Part shown: positions 8,145 to 18,205 of the stretch, in pieces
Numbering within the stretch: the stretch's first letter is position 1
Layout of the letters: each line of letters opens with the position of its first letter
Source of the DNA: Candidatus Calditenuaceae archaeon
GTDB lineage: Archaea > Thermoproteota > Nitrososphaeria_A > Caldarchaeales > Calditenuaceae
Length of the DNA stretch: 64,000 bases
Assembly: GCA_025059595.1 (NCBI GenBank)
Contig: JANXDI010000015.1
Coordinates: forward strand, 89,872 to 153,871
Direction: 5' to 3'
Position numbers and translations under genes: made by a program
Notes under the pieces: model-generated
Databases searched by the model: none
The model's input: only the letters and a program-made list of their open reading frames with translations
What the model was told of the DNA's origin: nothing

Positions 8145-11100
8145 TCAAGTCTGTTCAGGCAGCCTCGAAATCGTTAAGGCCTCATTATATAGCTCCCTGA
8201 GAACATCCTGATACTTCACCTCTCCAGACTCAATCTTCTCCATCAGCTCCTCAAGCCTCACAGTCAGCTCCTCTGAGACAAGCATCCCAAAGTTCGACGC
8301 AAGATACTCGTACACCGCTCTCCCAAGCCTCGTAGCGAGTATCCTGCCCTTGTTGTTGAAGATGTAGCCTCTCCGATAAAGGACACTAATTATTCGGGCA
8401 TAGGTGCTTGGTCTTCCAATTCCGCGCTCCCGCATCAGCGCGACGACATCGCCCTCGCGGAAAAGATAAGCGGCCTGAACCCGCCTAACCTCGAGCTTGA
8501 CCACACTATGAACTCCCGCAGCTAGGGGCTTAGAAGGTTTAACGGTCGTGAAGACTTTGAGGAAGCCCGGCTCCTTAACATCGACAATCCTCTCCACTCT
8601 GTACTCTGAGTCGAGGACCTTTATTTTGCAAGACTGCCTCAGGCCGACGGCCTCTCTCATCTGGCTCGCCATGAATCGCCTAAAGATGAGGTCGTACAGC
8701 GCGAGGTCCCTGTTCTCGAGCCTCGTGGGCAATCGGAGCATCCCGGACTGGAGGTAGAGCTCTAGCTGCCTTCTGCTGAGGGGTCTTGTGGGTCTGATGC
8801 ACTCGTGGGCCCCGGGCTCGCCGTGATGTCTTGGAATGAAAAGGCCTGGATAATGCTCGTCTATGTAACTCCGCGCAACGCCGATGCCTGTTGAGGAGAC
8901 GTAGGTGGAGCCTGTCCTGTGATAGGTTATGAGTCCAGACTCGAAGAGCCTTTGTGCAATCTGCATCGCCTCAGAGGTGCTCATTCTGAGCATGAGGGAC
9001 GCGTCCCGGAGCAGCGAGTCGGTTGTATATGGCCTCGGTGGGAGGAGTGGTGTCTCGGTCAGCTCGACCTCAGAGACCTCAACCTTCAGAGTTTTCTCAC
9101 TGAAGAGTTTCTTAACCTCCTCGAGTCTTTCAGGGTCCACAAGCTCTATTTCGGAGCCGTCGTCCAGAGCTACGGAGGCGATTGTCCGCCTCTTTTTAGC
9201 CTCCTCCATCCTCTGAATAACCCAGCCGAGCACGGGGGTCTGGACCCGGCCTGCCGAGAGGTGCCTCCTCCCAAAATGCTCCCAGAGGCGTCGGCTAAGC
9301 TCAAAACCAACCCACCTATCTTCAATCCTCCTGACGGTCTGAGCCTCGACTAGGGGTAGCGATAGGTCTCTAGGAGACTTGAGGGCGTCTCTGAGAGCCC
9401 TCCGAGTGATTTCGTGGAACTCGAGCCTCTTGACGTTCCCGTTAAAAGGCTTAACATTCACGTATATGTCGTAACCAATCTTCTCACCCTCCGCATCCGG
9501 GTCTGTGGCTATGTAAACCACGTCAAACTCGGGAGCGAGTTTTCTGAGCGACTCGATTATTGCTTTTTTGCTGTAGAAGTTTTTTGAGCCGCAGTTCGGG
9601 CATGCCTCGCCGTCCGTGAACTGCTCGCCACAGCGAAGGCACCTCTTAATATCAATGTAAACAGGCTTGAACTCTCCGTTGTCGATTGATACGCCGTGAA
9701 ATCCGTGGCTCGTTGTTAAATCGACGACGTGCCCCTGCGAGGCGGCCAAGCAGGCAACATACCCCTCACCGATGGATTCGTAGATGGTTAGCCCATCTAT
9801 CTCCCTCTTGGAGGGTCTGCCGAAGAAGTAGGCAAGCGTCCTCGCCTTCGTCGGCGACTCGACGATAATTAGCGATGACTTTAGGATATCAACCGCCTCG
9901 GGCCTGACCTCGCTCACGCTCATCTCCTGAAGCAGCCTTCGGTCTCTGTCGCAGAGCTTGAACTCCTCTTCCGCCAAGTCGCTTCGATACTCTTGGAAAG
10001 TCTCCTCGTAGAGCGCCTCGAGGCCTCTCGCTATTCCTCTGAACGCCTTCTCGTCTTCAACGATTAGTATTGAGATTCCTCGCGTTATCCCTCCCGCGAA
10101 CATTCGCGAGGAGCGGCCGGAGGCCTGAACGTAACCGTCGATGTCAGGTATGAGTATTGAGAGGCCATTCTCGTCTGCCCTTATCCTAAGGTCCATCAAC
10201 TCCGCAATCCGTCTCAGCTCCTCTTCGCCTATCGAGGACTTTATGAGATTGTGGGCGCGAGTAACCGCCGAGTAGACATATCCCGCGAATCCATCAGGCG
10301 GTCTTCCTGTCTCCAGTGCTTGTTTAACGGCGTCTAGTATATCGCTTCTCGTTGGGAGGCATTTGTTGAGCATCCCCATGACTTGGACGAGCTCCGCCTC
10401 TCTCCTCTCGCTGATTATCGGCGCGAGGCTCCTAAGAATGCTAAGTAGAATTGAGGGGCGATGCTCACTCCAAGACACATTAATCTCTCGCCTCGGAACC
10501 CCGGCAAAGACAACGTATCGGATTCTCTCGGGGAGGTCGATGCCTCTCGCGAGGGGGCTTCTAGTGCTGGCCACACCGACCAAGACATCATATTCTCCGG
10601 CCTTGAAGCGCTCCAGCATTCTCGGATTCATCCTCTCATATGCGTGAGCCTTTATCCCGAGCTTGTTGAGACACTCCGTGAGTCGCTTGGCTGATGCGAC
10701 CCCCTCAACCTGCGGTACGAAAACTAAGCACCCCCCACCATGCCTTTTAATCAGCTCAGCGGCCTCACTCCAGACATCCATCCTCGGCCTCACATACAAG
10801 TTCTTGATGTTCCGGACGAGCTCTATCGAGAATCCTGGCTCGAAGTTTAGTGCAAGCCGGAATAGCTTCAATCTCTTTGTCCTTCTGCCCTTCATGGTGG
10901 CGCCTGAAACAACGAGAACGGAGTCGACGCGCTTCGCGACTGGCGCAGTTTCGTCAGATTCTCTCTCGCCCCCTGCTATGAGCTTGAGCCAGCCCTCAAC
11001 CTCTTCCTGCGCGAACCCCATCAGTAACAGAGTCTTGTCTATGTTCCTCGGAGACTTGAGGAAAGAGTCTACGTCGTCCACAAATATGAATGAGAATTTG

Positions 11101-11675
11101 GTGTTACGTAGCAGGTCGAACCTGCCGTACAGGAATCGGTCGGTTGTGATTAGAATTTCGTAGTCTCTCTCGGCTATCTGTTTCAGGGCCTGCTTTGCGG
11201 CGACCTTCTTTAGGCCGGAGTAGTATCCAACGATTCTTGGCTTGTCTTCTTGAAGTTTGGCGGCGAGGGATTCGGCCCTATCGAGTAGGTGCTGGACGAG
11301 AAGGCTTGTTGGTACTATGATGTAAGACTTCTTCCCCCTCGTGGCTTGGAAGAGGGCCATGGCTAAGCAGAATGTCGTCTTTCCCGTTCCTGTTGGAGAC
11401 ATCATCGAGAAGCTCCTCCCCAAGAGGATTCTCTTGGCCCAGGTCCTCTGAAGAGACCAAGGACGCGCGCCCACGATTCTCTTAAAGAACTCCTCAAACT
11501 CGCCGTAAAGCCTGTTTAGCTCGAGGAAGGGGATGTAGTTGCCGGGCCTGATTTGAATGACTCTCTCCCGGCCGCTTGAGATTAAGCAGCTGCGACAGAC
11601 CCCCCACTCAACCAGCTCCCAGTCAGTAATTTCGCCCTCACAGTTTGGGCAGAGCAGCGCGTAAACCGACCTCAA
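8145..11675 (-). CDS. rgy: Reverse gyrase
   Basis: N-terminal Zn finger CPNC...CxxC, helicase-like SPTGTGKTT and DDVD, RGIDLP, QASGRSSR, toprim VESPTKA and DPDAEGE, second Zn finger, SAGRVQTP, catalytic ITYHRT, GIGRPSTY. Confidence 0.98.
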   Translation of the reverse strand: MRSVYALLCPNCEGEITDWELVEWGVCRSCLISSGRERVIQIRPGNYIPFLELNRLYGEFEEFFKRIVGARPWSLQRTWAKRILLGRSFSMMSPTGTGKTTFCLAMALFQATRGKKSYIIVPTSLLVQHLLDRAESLAAKLQEDKPRIVGYYSGLKKVAAKQALKQIAERDYEILITTDRFLYGRFDLLRNTKFSFIFVDDVDSFLKSPRNIDKTLLLMGFAQEEVEGWLKLIAGGERESDETAPVAKRVDSVLVVSGATMKGRRTKRLKLFRLALNFEPGFSIELVRNIKNLYVRPRMDVWSEAAELIKRHGGGCLVFVPQVEGVASAKRLTECLNKLGIKAHAYERMNPRMLERFKAGEYDVLVGVASTRSPLARGIDLPERIRYVVFAGVPRREINVSWSEHRPSILLSILRSLAPIISERREAELVQVMGMLNKCLPTRSDILDAVKQALETGRPPDGFAGYVYSAVTRAHNLIKSSIGEEELRRIAELMDLRIRADENGLSILIPDIDGYVQASGRSSRMFAGGITRGISILIVEDEKAFRGIARGLEALYEETFQEYRSDLAEEEFKLCDRDRRLLQEMSVSEVRPEAVDILKSSLIIVESPTKARTLAYFFGRPSKREIDGLTIYESIGEGYVACLAASQGHVVDLTTSHGFHGVSIDNGEFKPVYIDIKRCLRCGEQFTDGEACPNCGSKNFYSKKAIIESLRKLAPEFDVVYIATDPDAEGEKIGYDIYVNVKPFNGNVKRLEFHEITRRALRDALKSPRDLSLPLVEAQTVRRIEDRWVGFELSRRLWEHFGRRHLSAGRVQTPVLGWVIQRMEEAKKRRTIASVALDDGSEIELVDPERLEEVKKLFSEKTLKVEVSEVELTETPLLPPRPYTTDSLLRDASLMLRMSTSEAMQIAQRLFESGLITYHRTGSTYVSSTGIGVARSYIDEHYPGLFIPRHHGEPGAHECIRPTRPLSRRQLELYLQSGMLRLPTRLENRDLALYDLIFRRFMASQMREAVGLRQSCKIKVLDSEYRVERIVDVKEPGFLKVFTTVKPSKPLAAGVHSVVKLEVRRVQAAYLFREGDVVALMRERGIGRPSTYARIISVLYRRGYIFNNKGRILATRLGRAVYEYLASNFGMLVSEELTVRLEELMEKIESGEVKYQDVLRELYNEALTISRLPEQT

Positions 11676-11725
11676 AACCTTGCTAACGCAAAAGACCGTC
11701 TAATCATCCTCAAATATTATTCTCT

Positions 11726-12271
11726 TTGGGTGAGTTCGTGAAGAATATGGACTGGCTCGCTCGCCTCTCCTTGACCCGGTCTGATGAGCCTCCTCGGGGA
11801 GGTAGGGGGGAATGCGCTGTTGCGGTGATTCTGACGGTGGAGGGCGAGCTGCTTCTTGTCAGGAGGGCTGAAAGGGCTGGAGACCCTTGGAGCGGCCAGT
11901 GGGCTCTTCCTGGTGGGTTTTGGAAGGAGCGGGATGGAAGCCTGCTCGAGACGGCTTTTAGGGAGGTTTGGGAGGAGGTGGGGATAGAGGCGGGGGGACT
12001 GAAACATGTGGGCTGGCTTAAGGCTAGAAGTCCGAGGACGAGGCCTGATATAGTTGTCTACCCGTTTGTTTTTCTGGCTGAGGGGAGGCTTGTGGTCAGG
12101 CTTTCGGATGAGCTGGAGAATTTTAGGTGGGTGCCGCTCCGCGGGCTTGAGAGGGGGGTTCGGCTCGTGGAGACCGCTCAGGGGCCCTTAGAGGTGGAGG
12201 CTTATCTCTGGGAGGGCGTCGCAGTCTGGGGGCTCACTTACTCCGTTTTAAAGGAGCTTCGGGGCGAGTGA
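11726..12271 (+). CDS. Nudix hydrolase (CoA-pyrophosphatase-like)
   Basis: DPWSGQWALPGG, TAFREVWEEVG Nudix box, VWGLT. Confidence 0.85.
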   Translation: MGEFVKNMDWLARLSLTRSDEPPRGGRGECAVAVILTVEGELLLVRRAERAGDPWSGQWALPGGFWKERDGSLLETAFREVWEEVGIEAGGLKHVGWLKARSPRTRPDIVVYPFVFLAEGRLVVRLSDELENFRWVPLRGLERGVRLVETAQGPLEVEAYLWEGVAVWGLTYSVLKELRGE

Positions 12272-12937
12272 GGCCTTCCTTATTCTCAGATACCCCCTGT
12301 CCCCGAGCCAGACAGGCTCTGTCTCCACTTTGATAGACTTCTGGAAAAACGGGGCATCCACCACCAGCGTCTCATAGTCACCCCCCTCTCCCGCCGGGTT
12401 AAGCCCATACTTCTCCGCAAGCTTCTCAAGCTCCCCGACCGCTTCACGGTCGAGCCTTCTTCCCAGCCAAGCCGAGCCGAGACCGAGAGCACTCGTCGCA
12501 ACAATCAAGACACTATACCCCCTTCTAAGCACGTCGGTCAGGACTTCGCGAGCTTCCATATTCCAGTTGGGCGCCAGATGCTGAACTCCGAGGCGACGTG
12601 CAACCGAGTCAATCCTGTCCCTCTGATACCTGCTTGCTATTCCGCCGCTCAGAAGCCCATCCGCACTAAACTCTTCAACGAGGCCCTGGAGGGCAACGTA
12701 TAACTCCTCAACCTCGGCGTCCCTCCTGCCACTGACCTCGACGTATCTGTGGTTCAAGCCCATGGCCTCGGCCTGGAGATGCTGGACACCGATACAGCTT
12801 GTGTGAAACATCCATGAATCGGCTTCGAGGGGCTTAGCGGTAACGAGTAGAACTATCTCATGCCCGGCTTCAAGCGCCTTCTCGACCGCGAGCGTCGAGT
12901 CTTTTCCGCCAGTAAATAGTGATATGAGACGCATCAC
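12248..12937 (-). CDS. dph6: Diphthine--ammonia ligase (Dph6 family PP-loop ATPase)
   Basis: LFTGGKDS, SWMFH, GGIASRYQ, GEGGDYETLVVDAPFF. Confidence 0.85.
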   Translation of the reverse strand: MMRLISLFTGGKDSTLAVEKALEAGHEIVLLVTAKPLEADSWMFHTSCIGVQHLQAEAMGLNHRYVEVSGRRDAEVEELYVALQGLVEEFSADGLLSGGIASRYQRDRIDSVARRLGVQHLAPNWNMEAREVLTDVLRRGYSVLIVATSALGLGSAWLGRRLDREAVGELEKLAEKYGLNPAGEGGDYETLVVDAPFFQKSIKVETEPVWLGDRGYLRIRKASLAPKLL

Positions 12938-13959
12938 TTACGCTTGTAGAGATTATTGAGCGCCTTTTTCAGGATTGCCTCCGAGACCTCCCCGACGGTG
13001 GCGCGACCCCCCAAGTCTGGTGTAATAACCCGGCCCTCCTTGAGCAACTGAGCAACCGCTGCCTCGACAGCCCTTGCAGCCTGCGAAAGCCTCTCATCCC
13101 GCCTCGACATTCCAAGCCACCCCATCAAGTATGAGGATGAAAGTATCGTAGCTATCGGGTTGGCGTATTCAGGGTTGAGGCTTGGGGCTGAGCCGTGCAC
13201 AGGCTCGAAAACACCCATCCGCTCGCCTATGTTGGCTGAGCCTGCAAGCCCTATTGAGCCCGTCACACCTGCGGCCAGGTCGGAGAGGATGTCCCCGAAC
13301 ATGTTGGGGGTCAGAATCACGTCGAATATGCCGGGGTTCACTACCATCTGGTATGCCGCGTTGTCGACATACATCTCATCCACCGTCGCGCCACCCTGCT
13401 TAACCACCTCGATTGCGATGTCCCGGAAGAACTTGTAGGATGAGAGGACGTTTGCCTTGTGGACGACCGTAACTTTTCCTCGCCTCTCTCTCGCCATGTT
13501 TAGGGCGACGCGCGCTATACGCTCCGTGCCGCGGCGCGTTATCACGAGTAAAGAGACTGCATGGTCTCGCCCAACGTCCTCCACGCCCTTGTAAAGGTCC
13601 TCCGTGTTCTCCCTGACAATCACGAAGTCAAGCCCGCTCCAGAAACACTTAACACCCTCGTATGTCTTGAAAGGCCTGATGTTGGCGTATAGGTCAAGCC
13701 TCTGCCTCAGATAAACTATCACATCCCGCGCCGTCTCACCTACAGGCCCCTTAAGACAAGCATCTGACCCCATTATCTTCTCAAGGGACTCGTGCGGCAG
13801 GGCCTCGCCCCTCTCAGCCGCAACGGCATCACCCGCAGGCGCCTCCACAAACTCCACCTCGAACCCTAAAGCTGATGCGAGCTCCTCCACTATACGAGTG
13901 GCGTGACGGATGACGGTGGGCCCTATTCCGTCGCCGGGGATGACGGATATTCTATACAT
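12934..13959 (-). CDS. leuB: 3-isopropylmalate dehydrogenase
   Basis: GDGIGP, GPVGETARDVIVYLRQ (Sulfolobus-type IPMDH loop), RENTEDLY, NMFGDILSD, FEPVHGSAP. Co-oriented with ilvD. Confidence 0.85.
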   Translation of the reverse strand: MYRISVIPGDGIGPTVIRHATRIVEELASALGFEVEFVEAPAGDAVAAERGEALPHESLEKIMGSDACLKGPVGETARDVIVYLRQRLDLYANIRPFKTYEGVKCFWSGLDFVIVRENTEDLYKGVEDVGRDHAVSLLVITRRGTERIARVALNMARERRGKVTVVHKANVLSSYKFFRDIAIEVVKQGGATVDEMYVDNAAYQMVVNPGIFDVILTPNMFGDILSDLAAGVTGSIGLAGSANIGERMGVFEPVHGSAPSLNPEYANPIATILSSSYLMGWLGMSRRDERLSQAARAVEAAVAQLLKEGRVITPDLGGRATVGEVSEAILKKALNNLYKRK

Positions 13960-13965
13960 GACTTC

Positions 13966-15660
13966 TCATGTGCGTGGTAGCGTTACCGCGCCCATTGAGG
14001 CTGAGGAAACAAGCGAGGCGTATTTCGCGAGGAGGCCCGAGGCCGCCTTAGGCGGCTTCGGCTTCAACGCGCTCCGCCTTCTCTCGAGCTCTGATTCAGC
14101 CACGAGTAAGTCGAGCCTACCGGCCTCAGTGTCGATGAGAACCCTGTCTCCGTCCTCAACGAGGGCTATCGGCCCACCCGCCACCGCCTCCGGAGCTACA
14201 TGACCAACCATAATTCCCCGAGTTGCGCCGCTGAACCGTCCGTCCGTGACCATTGCTACAGTCTCACCTAGTCCAGCCCCCGAAAGAGCTGCCGTGACTC
14301 TGAGCATCTCCGGCATACCCGGGGCGCCTTTTGGCCCTACGTAGCGGATGACCAGAACATTACCCTCATCCACATCGCCACGCCTCACCGCCTCAAAGGC
14401 AGGCTCCTCATCGTCGAAAACTCGCGCAGAGCCCTCAAACCTAGTAACCCCTGTAGCGGCGGTCTTAACCACCGCTCCATCCGGAGCCAGCGACCCTCGA
14501 AGAATCCTGATTCCACCCGTCTTCTTAATCGGATTGGAGGGGTGGCGGACTATGTGGTCGTGGGGGACGTCTGGAAGCCGGTATTCTTTAAGGCTCTGGG
14601 CGAGGCTCTTGCCTGAGACGGTCAAGACATCGCCATCAATTAGACCCGCTTCGAGAAGGAGCCTGAGTAGGAGGGGCGCGCCCCCCACTCTGTCGAGGTC
14701 CAACATCACATACTCTCCCGCCGGCCTCATGTTGAGAATGTAAGGCGTCTTTCTCGAGATTTCGTCGAGGTCGTCGAGGGTGAATTTGACACCTGCCTCA
14801 TGAGCAAGAGCGAGTAGGTGAAGTATCCCGTTTGTCGAGCCCCCAGATGCCATGAGTACTGTCGCAGCGTTCCTGAAAGCCTCATACTTTAGGATGTCAC
14901 GCGGCTTAATGTCATTCTCTAGCAGAGGCCCGAGGGCTTTACCTGTCTCGTATGAGAAGATGGCACGTCTCGAGGAGGTGGCTGTAGGGCTTGAGCTTCC
15001 CAAGAGGGCTAGTCCGAGAGCCTCGCTCAGCAGCGCCATGGTGTTGGCTGTGAAAAGACCTGCGCAGGCCCCATAGGTCGGGTGAGCAACCATCTCTACT
15101 TGGAGAAGCTCCTGCTCAGAGGCCTTCCCCTTGAGATAGGCGCCAACATATTCGTGGACATCCTCTATCGTGAACTTCTTCTCACCTATGAAGCCAGGCT
15201 CGGCGGAGCCGCCATACATGTAGATCGATGGCCTGTTAATCCTCGCCATGGCCATCATGAGTCCCGGCTGTGTCTTATCACAACCACCTATCGCGACGAA
15301 GCCATCATAAGCATGCGCGACGATCTGGGCCTCAACACTATCAGCTATCACCTCCCTGCTCACGAGGCTATATCTCATACCAGCCGTCCCCATCGAGATG
15401 TTGTCGTTCACGACTATCGTAGGCATCGCGAGACCAACACAGCCGGCGTCCCGAAGCCCCTGCTTAACATAGCCCACCAAGTTGAGGGTGTGGAAGTTGC
15501 AGGGCCCCGACTCGCTCCAAGCAACCACGACCCCAGCCAAGGGTTTCCCAATATCGCTTGGGTCAAGGCCGATGGACCAGAGGAAGGCTCTGTGAGGCGC
15601 GTTAAGAATTCCCGCATATCTTTCAGAGCTGTATGCGGCCCCTTTCCGCGTTCCACTCAT
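13966..15660 (-). CDS. ilvD: Dihydroxy-acid dehydratase (IlvD/EDD family, Sulfolobus DHAD-like)
   Basis: [50 protein letters not shown]. Confidence 0.92.
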   Translation of the reverse strand: MSGTRKGAAYSSERYAGILNAPHRAFLWSIGLDPSDIGKPLAGVVVAWSESGPCNFHTLNLVGYVKQGLRDAGCVGLAMPTIVVNDNISMGTAGMRYSLVSREVIADSVEAQIVAHAYDGFVAIGGCDKTQPGLMMAMARINRPSIYMYGGSAEPGFIGEKKFTIEDVHEYVGAYLKGKASEQELLQVEMVAHPTYGACAGLFTANTMALLSEALGLALLGSSSPTATSSRRAIFSYETGKALGPLLENDIKPRDILKYEAFRNAATVLMASGGSTNGILHLLALAHEAGVKFTLDDLDEISRKTPYILNMRPAGEYVMLDLDRVGGAPLLLRLLLEAGLIDGDVLTVSGKSLAQSLKEYRLPDVPHDHIVRHPSNPIKKTGGIRILRGSLAPDGAVVKTAATGVTRFEGSARVFDDEEPAFEAVRRGDVDEGNVLVIRYVGPKGAPGMPEMLRVTAALSGAGLGETVAMVTDGRFSGATRGIMVGHVAPEAVAGGPIALVEDGDRVLIDTEAGRLDLLVAESELERRRSALKPKPPKAASGLLAKYASLVSSASMGAVTLPRT

Positions 15661-15745
15661 CCCGCCAAATGCCTCAGACGGGGCATATTAAAGAGTTTCC
15701 GCCAACCGTGAGTTCTTTAAAAATGTAAAGGATTTCTATCTGCCC

Positions 15746-17221
15746 GTGCATAATAGGAAAGAATTGAGCGAGCGTATTTACCCCTGTATAATAGGTGGCG
15801 AGAAGTTCTACTCAGCCGATGGTAGGACGTTTAGAGACATCAACCCGGCCCAGACAGACGATGTTGTCGCCGAGTTTCCACTGCTCTCGAGGGAGGATGC
15901 GGCCAGGGCCATTGATGTGGCGAGGGAGGCTCAGGCTAAATGGGCCTCAACCCCTGCGCCGGAGAGGGGGCGGATTCTAGTCAAGGCCGCTCAGATAGTG
16001 GAGAATGAGGCGGATGAGCTTGCTAGACTTCTCACTCGGGAGGAGGGGAAGACCTTGGCTGAAGCTAGAACCGAAGTTCTCAGGGTGGTTAGCGTCTTCA
16101 GATTCTTCGGAGTAATGGGATATAGGCTGAGGGGAGAGTTCATGCCCTCAGCAGAGCCTAAAACCCACCTCTTCACCATCCGCGAACCCCTCGGAGTTAC
16201 CTCAATCATCACCCCATGGAACTTTCCCATCGCAATACCAGCCTGGAAAATGGCCCCAGCACTAATCTGCGGAAACACGGTCGTCTTCAAACCCGCAAGC
16301 TACACACCACTCATAGGGTATAAGCTGGCAGACGCCCTTCACCGCGCAGGCCTACCACCAGGCGTCCTCAACCTCGTTACAGGCCCAGGCTCAACCGTCG
16401 GAGCGGAGCTAATCACAAACCAGGATGTAGATGCCATTTCTTTTACGGGGTCGCTCGAGGTGGGGGAGGAGATTAAGCGCACGGCAGGAGGCAGGAACGT
16501 CCGGATTCAACTGGAACTTGGCGGCAAAAACCCTTCAATCGTCCTGGATGACACCGATATGGAGCGGGCTGTCGAGATGATTGTTAGGGGTGCCTTCGGC
16601 CTCACGGGTCAGGCCTGCACGGCTACCAGCCGAGCAATTGTTCTTGAGAGCGTCGCGGATGAGTTTGAGAGAAGGCTGGTGGAGCGGGTCAAGAGAATTA
16701 GGGTTGGCAACGGACTGGTGGAGGGTGTGGAGATGGGCCCTGTTGTGGGTGAGAGGGAGTTGAATAAGATTCTCGACTATATTCAGGTGGGGCTAAATGA
16801 AGGTGCGAAACTCGTCCTAGGTGGCAGAAAGCTCACAGGCCCTGAGCACTCAAAGGGGTATTTCGTTGAGCCCACCATATTCAAGGACGTCACCCCGGAC
16901 ATGAGGATAGCTCAGGAGGAGATATTTGGCCCGGTCCTAGCGATAATGCGCGCTAGCAACTTTGACGAGGCCATAGAGCTCGCCAACAAAGTGGAGTATG
17001 GTCTCGCGGCGTCAATATTCACGAGGAGCCTCCCGAGAGCCTTCGAATTCATCAGCCGCATTCAAGCTGGCGTCGTCAAGATAAATAAGCCCACGATAGG
17101 TCTCGAGCCTCACATGCCCTTCGGAGGATTCAAGAAATCCAGCTTCGGAATGATTAAGGAGCAGGGAGAAGCCGCCCTGGACTTCTACTCAAAAGTCAAG
17201 GCCGTCTACCTCGGCTACTGA
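15746..17221 (+). CDS. NAD(P)-dependent aldehyde dehydrogenase, likely 2,5-dioxopentanoate (alpha-ketoglutarate semialdehyde) dehydrogenase
   Basis: ITPWNFP, FTGS, LELGGKN, GQACTA catalytic Cys, EEIFGPV. Substrate inferred from the adjacent KdaD-like gene. Confidence 0.8.
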   Translation: MHNRKELSERIYPCIIGGEKFYSADGRTFRDINPAQTDDVVAEFPLLSREDAARAIDVAREAQAKWASTPAPERGRILVKAAQIVENEADELARLLTREEGKTLAEARTEVLRVVSVFRFFGVMGYRLRGEFMPSAEPKTHLFTIREPLGVTSIITPWNFPIAIPAWKMAPALICGNTVVFKPASYTPLIGYKLADALHRAGLPPGVLNLVTGPGSTVGAELITNQDVDAISFTGSLEVGEEIKRTAGGRNVRIQLELGGKNPSIVLDDTDMERAVEMIVRGAFGLTGQACTATSRAIVLESVADEFERRLVERVKRIRVGNGLVEGVEMGPVVGERELNKILDYIQVGLNEGAKLVLGGRKLTGPEHSKGYFVEPTIFKDVTPDMRIAQEEIFGPVLAIMRASNFDEAIELANKVEYGLAASIFTRSLPRAFEFISRIQAGVVKINKPTIGLEPHMPFGGFKKSSFGMIKEQGEAALDFYSKVKAVYLGY

Positions 17222-18122
17222 GCCGCCCAATCCTGTTCCGGAGTATTCCGATTTTTTCAACCTCTATCTCGACTATATCACCATCACTCAACGTGAAATC
17301 ATTTGGTGGGATGATTCCAGTGCCAGTGAGCAATACTGTGCCGGGTGGGATGATGTTGTCCCTTGTCAGGAACTCCACGAGCTCCTCCAGACTTCTCTTA
17401 AGACTCGACGTGCTGACCGAACCGCTGAAGACGACAGACCCGCTCCTCAGAATTCTCATCTCAATCATCAAGTTCTTCGGGTCGTCAACTGATTCCCTCA
17501 GAGCTATCGCAGGCCCGAGGGCGCAGCAGCCCTTGTAAATCTTGGCTTGAGGCAGGTAGAGCGGATTCTCACCCTCAATATCGCGGGCTGAGAGGTCGTT
17601 GCCGATTGTATATCCTAATATCTCGTGTCGCGGGCCTAGCACGAGTGCGAGCTCAGGCTCTGGGACCGCCCAGTTTGTGTCGCTCCGGATATATGCCACT
17701 TCGTCCGGCCCCACGCATCTTGAGGGCGTGGCCTTGAAGAAAATTTCAGGCCTCTCAGCCTCGTAGACGAGGTCGTAGATTCCCTTAGCCTTTGTCTCGT
17801 ATTCCCGCGCCTCGCGGCTGCGCAGATATGTAACCCCTGCACCCCAGACCTCGGGCGGAAGGATTGGAATTAGGAGGCGAGGACCGCCCTCACCCCCTCC
17901 GCTGAGCTCCGAATATTTGAGACGCCTCAGCCTCTTCTCCGCTCTGATTTTAAGCTCGAGATAGCTGGCGAGTGACATACTTTTCTGCGCCGCCTCCCGC
18001 ACTAAAGCTAGGAATCCTCGCCCGGCTCCATACCTCCGCTCGGGCAGCAGAACAACCTCGTCTCCGACCACGACTCCACCCCTCATCCCCCCGCGAGGCA
18101 GCCGGACCCTAACAAACCTCAA
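17196..18122 (-). CDS. FAH-family 2-keto-3-deoxy-pentonate dehydratase (KdaD/XylX-like)
   Basis: EVWGAGVTY, IYDLVYEAERPEIFFKATPSRCVG, PEPEL, GNDLSARDIEGENPLYLPQAKIY: motifs of the KdaD/XylX subfamily. Confidence 0.82.
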   Translation of the reverse strand: MRFVRVRLPRGGMRGGVVVGDEVVLLPERRYGAGRGFLALVREAAQKSMSLASYLELKIRAEKRLRRLKYSELSGGGEGGPRLLIPILPPEVWGAGVTYLRSREAREYETKAKGIYDLVYEAERPEIFFKATPSRCVGPDEVAYIRSDTNWAVPEPELALVLGPRHEILGYTIGNDLSARDIEGENPLYLPQAKIYKGCCALGPAIALRESVDDPKNLMIEMRILRSGSVVFSGSVSTSSLKRSLEELVEFLTRDNIIPPGTVLLTGTGIIPPNDFTLSDGDIVEIEVEKIGILRNRIGRLSSRGRRP

Positions 18123-18205
18123 GGACCAAACACACCTATAGTCAGCTCCGCGGCAACTACTTAAAACTGAACGGTAACAAACAAACGTTAATAGCTCCCG
18201 GAAGT

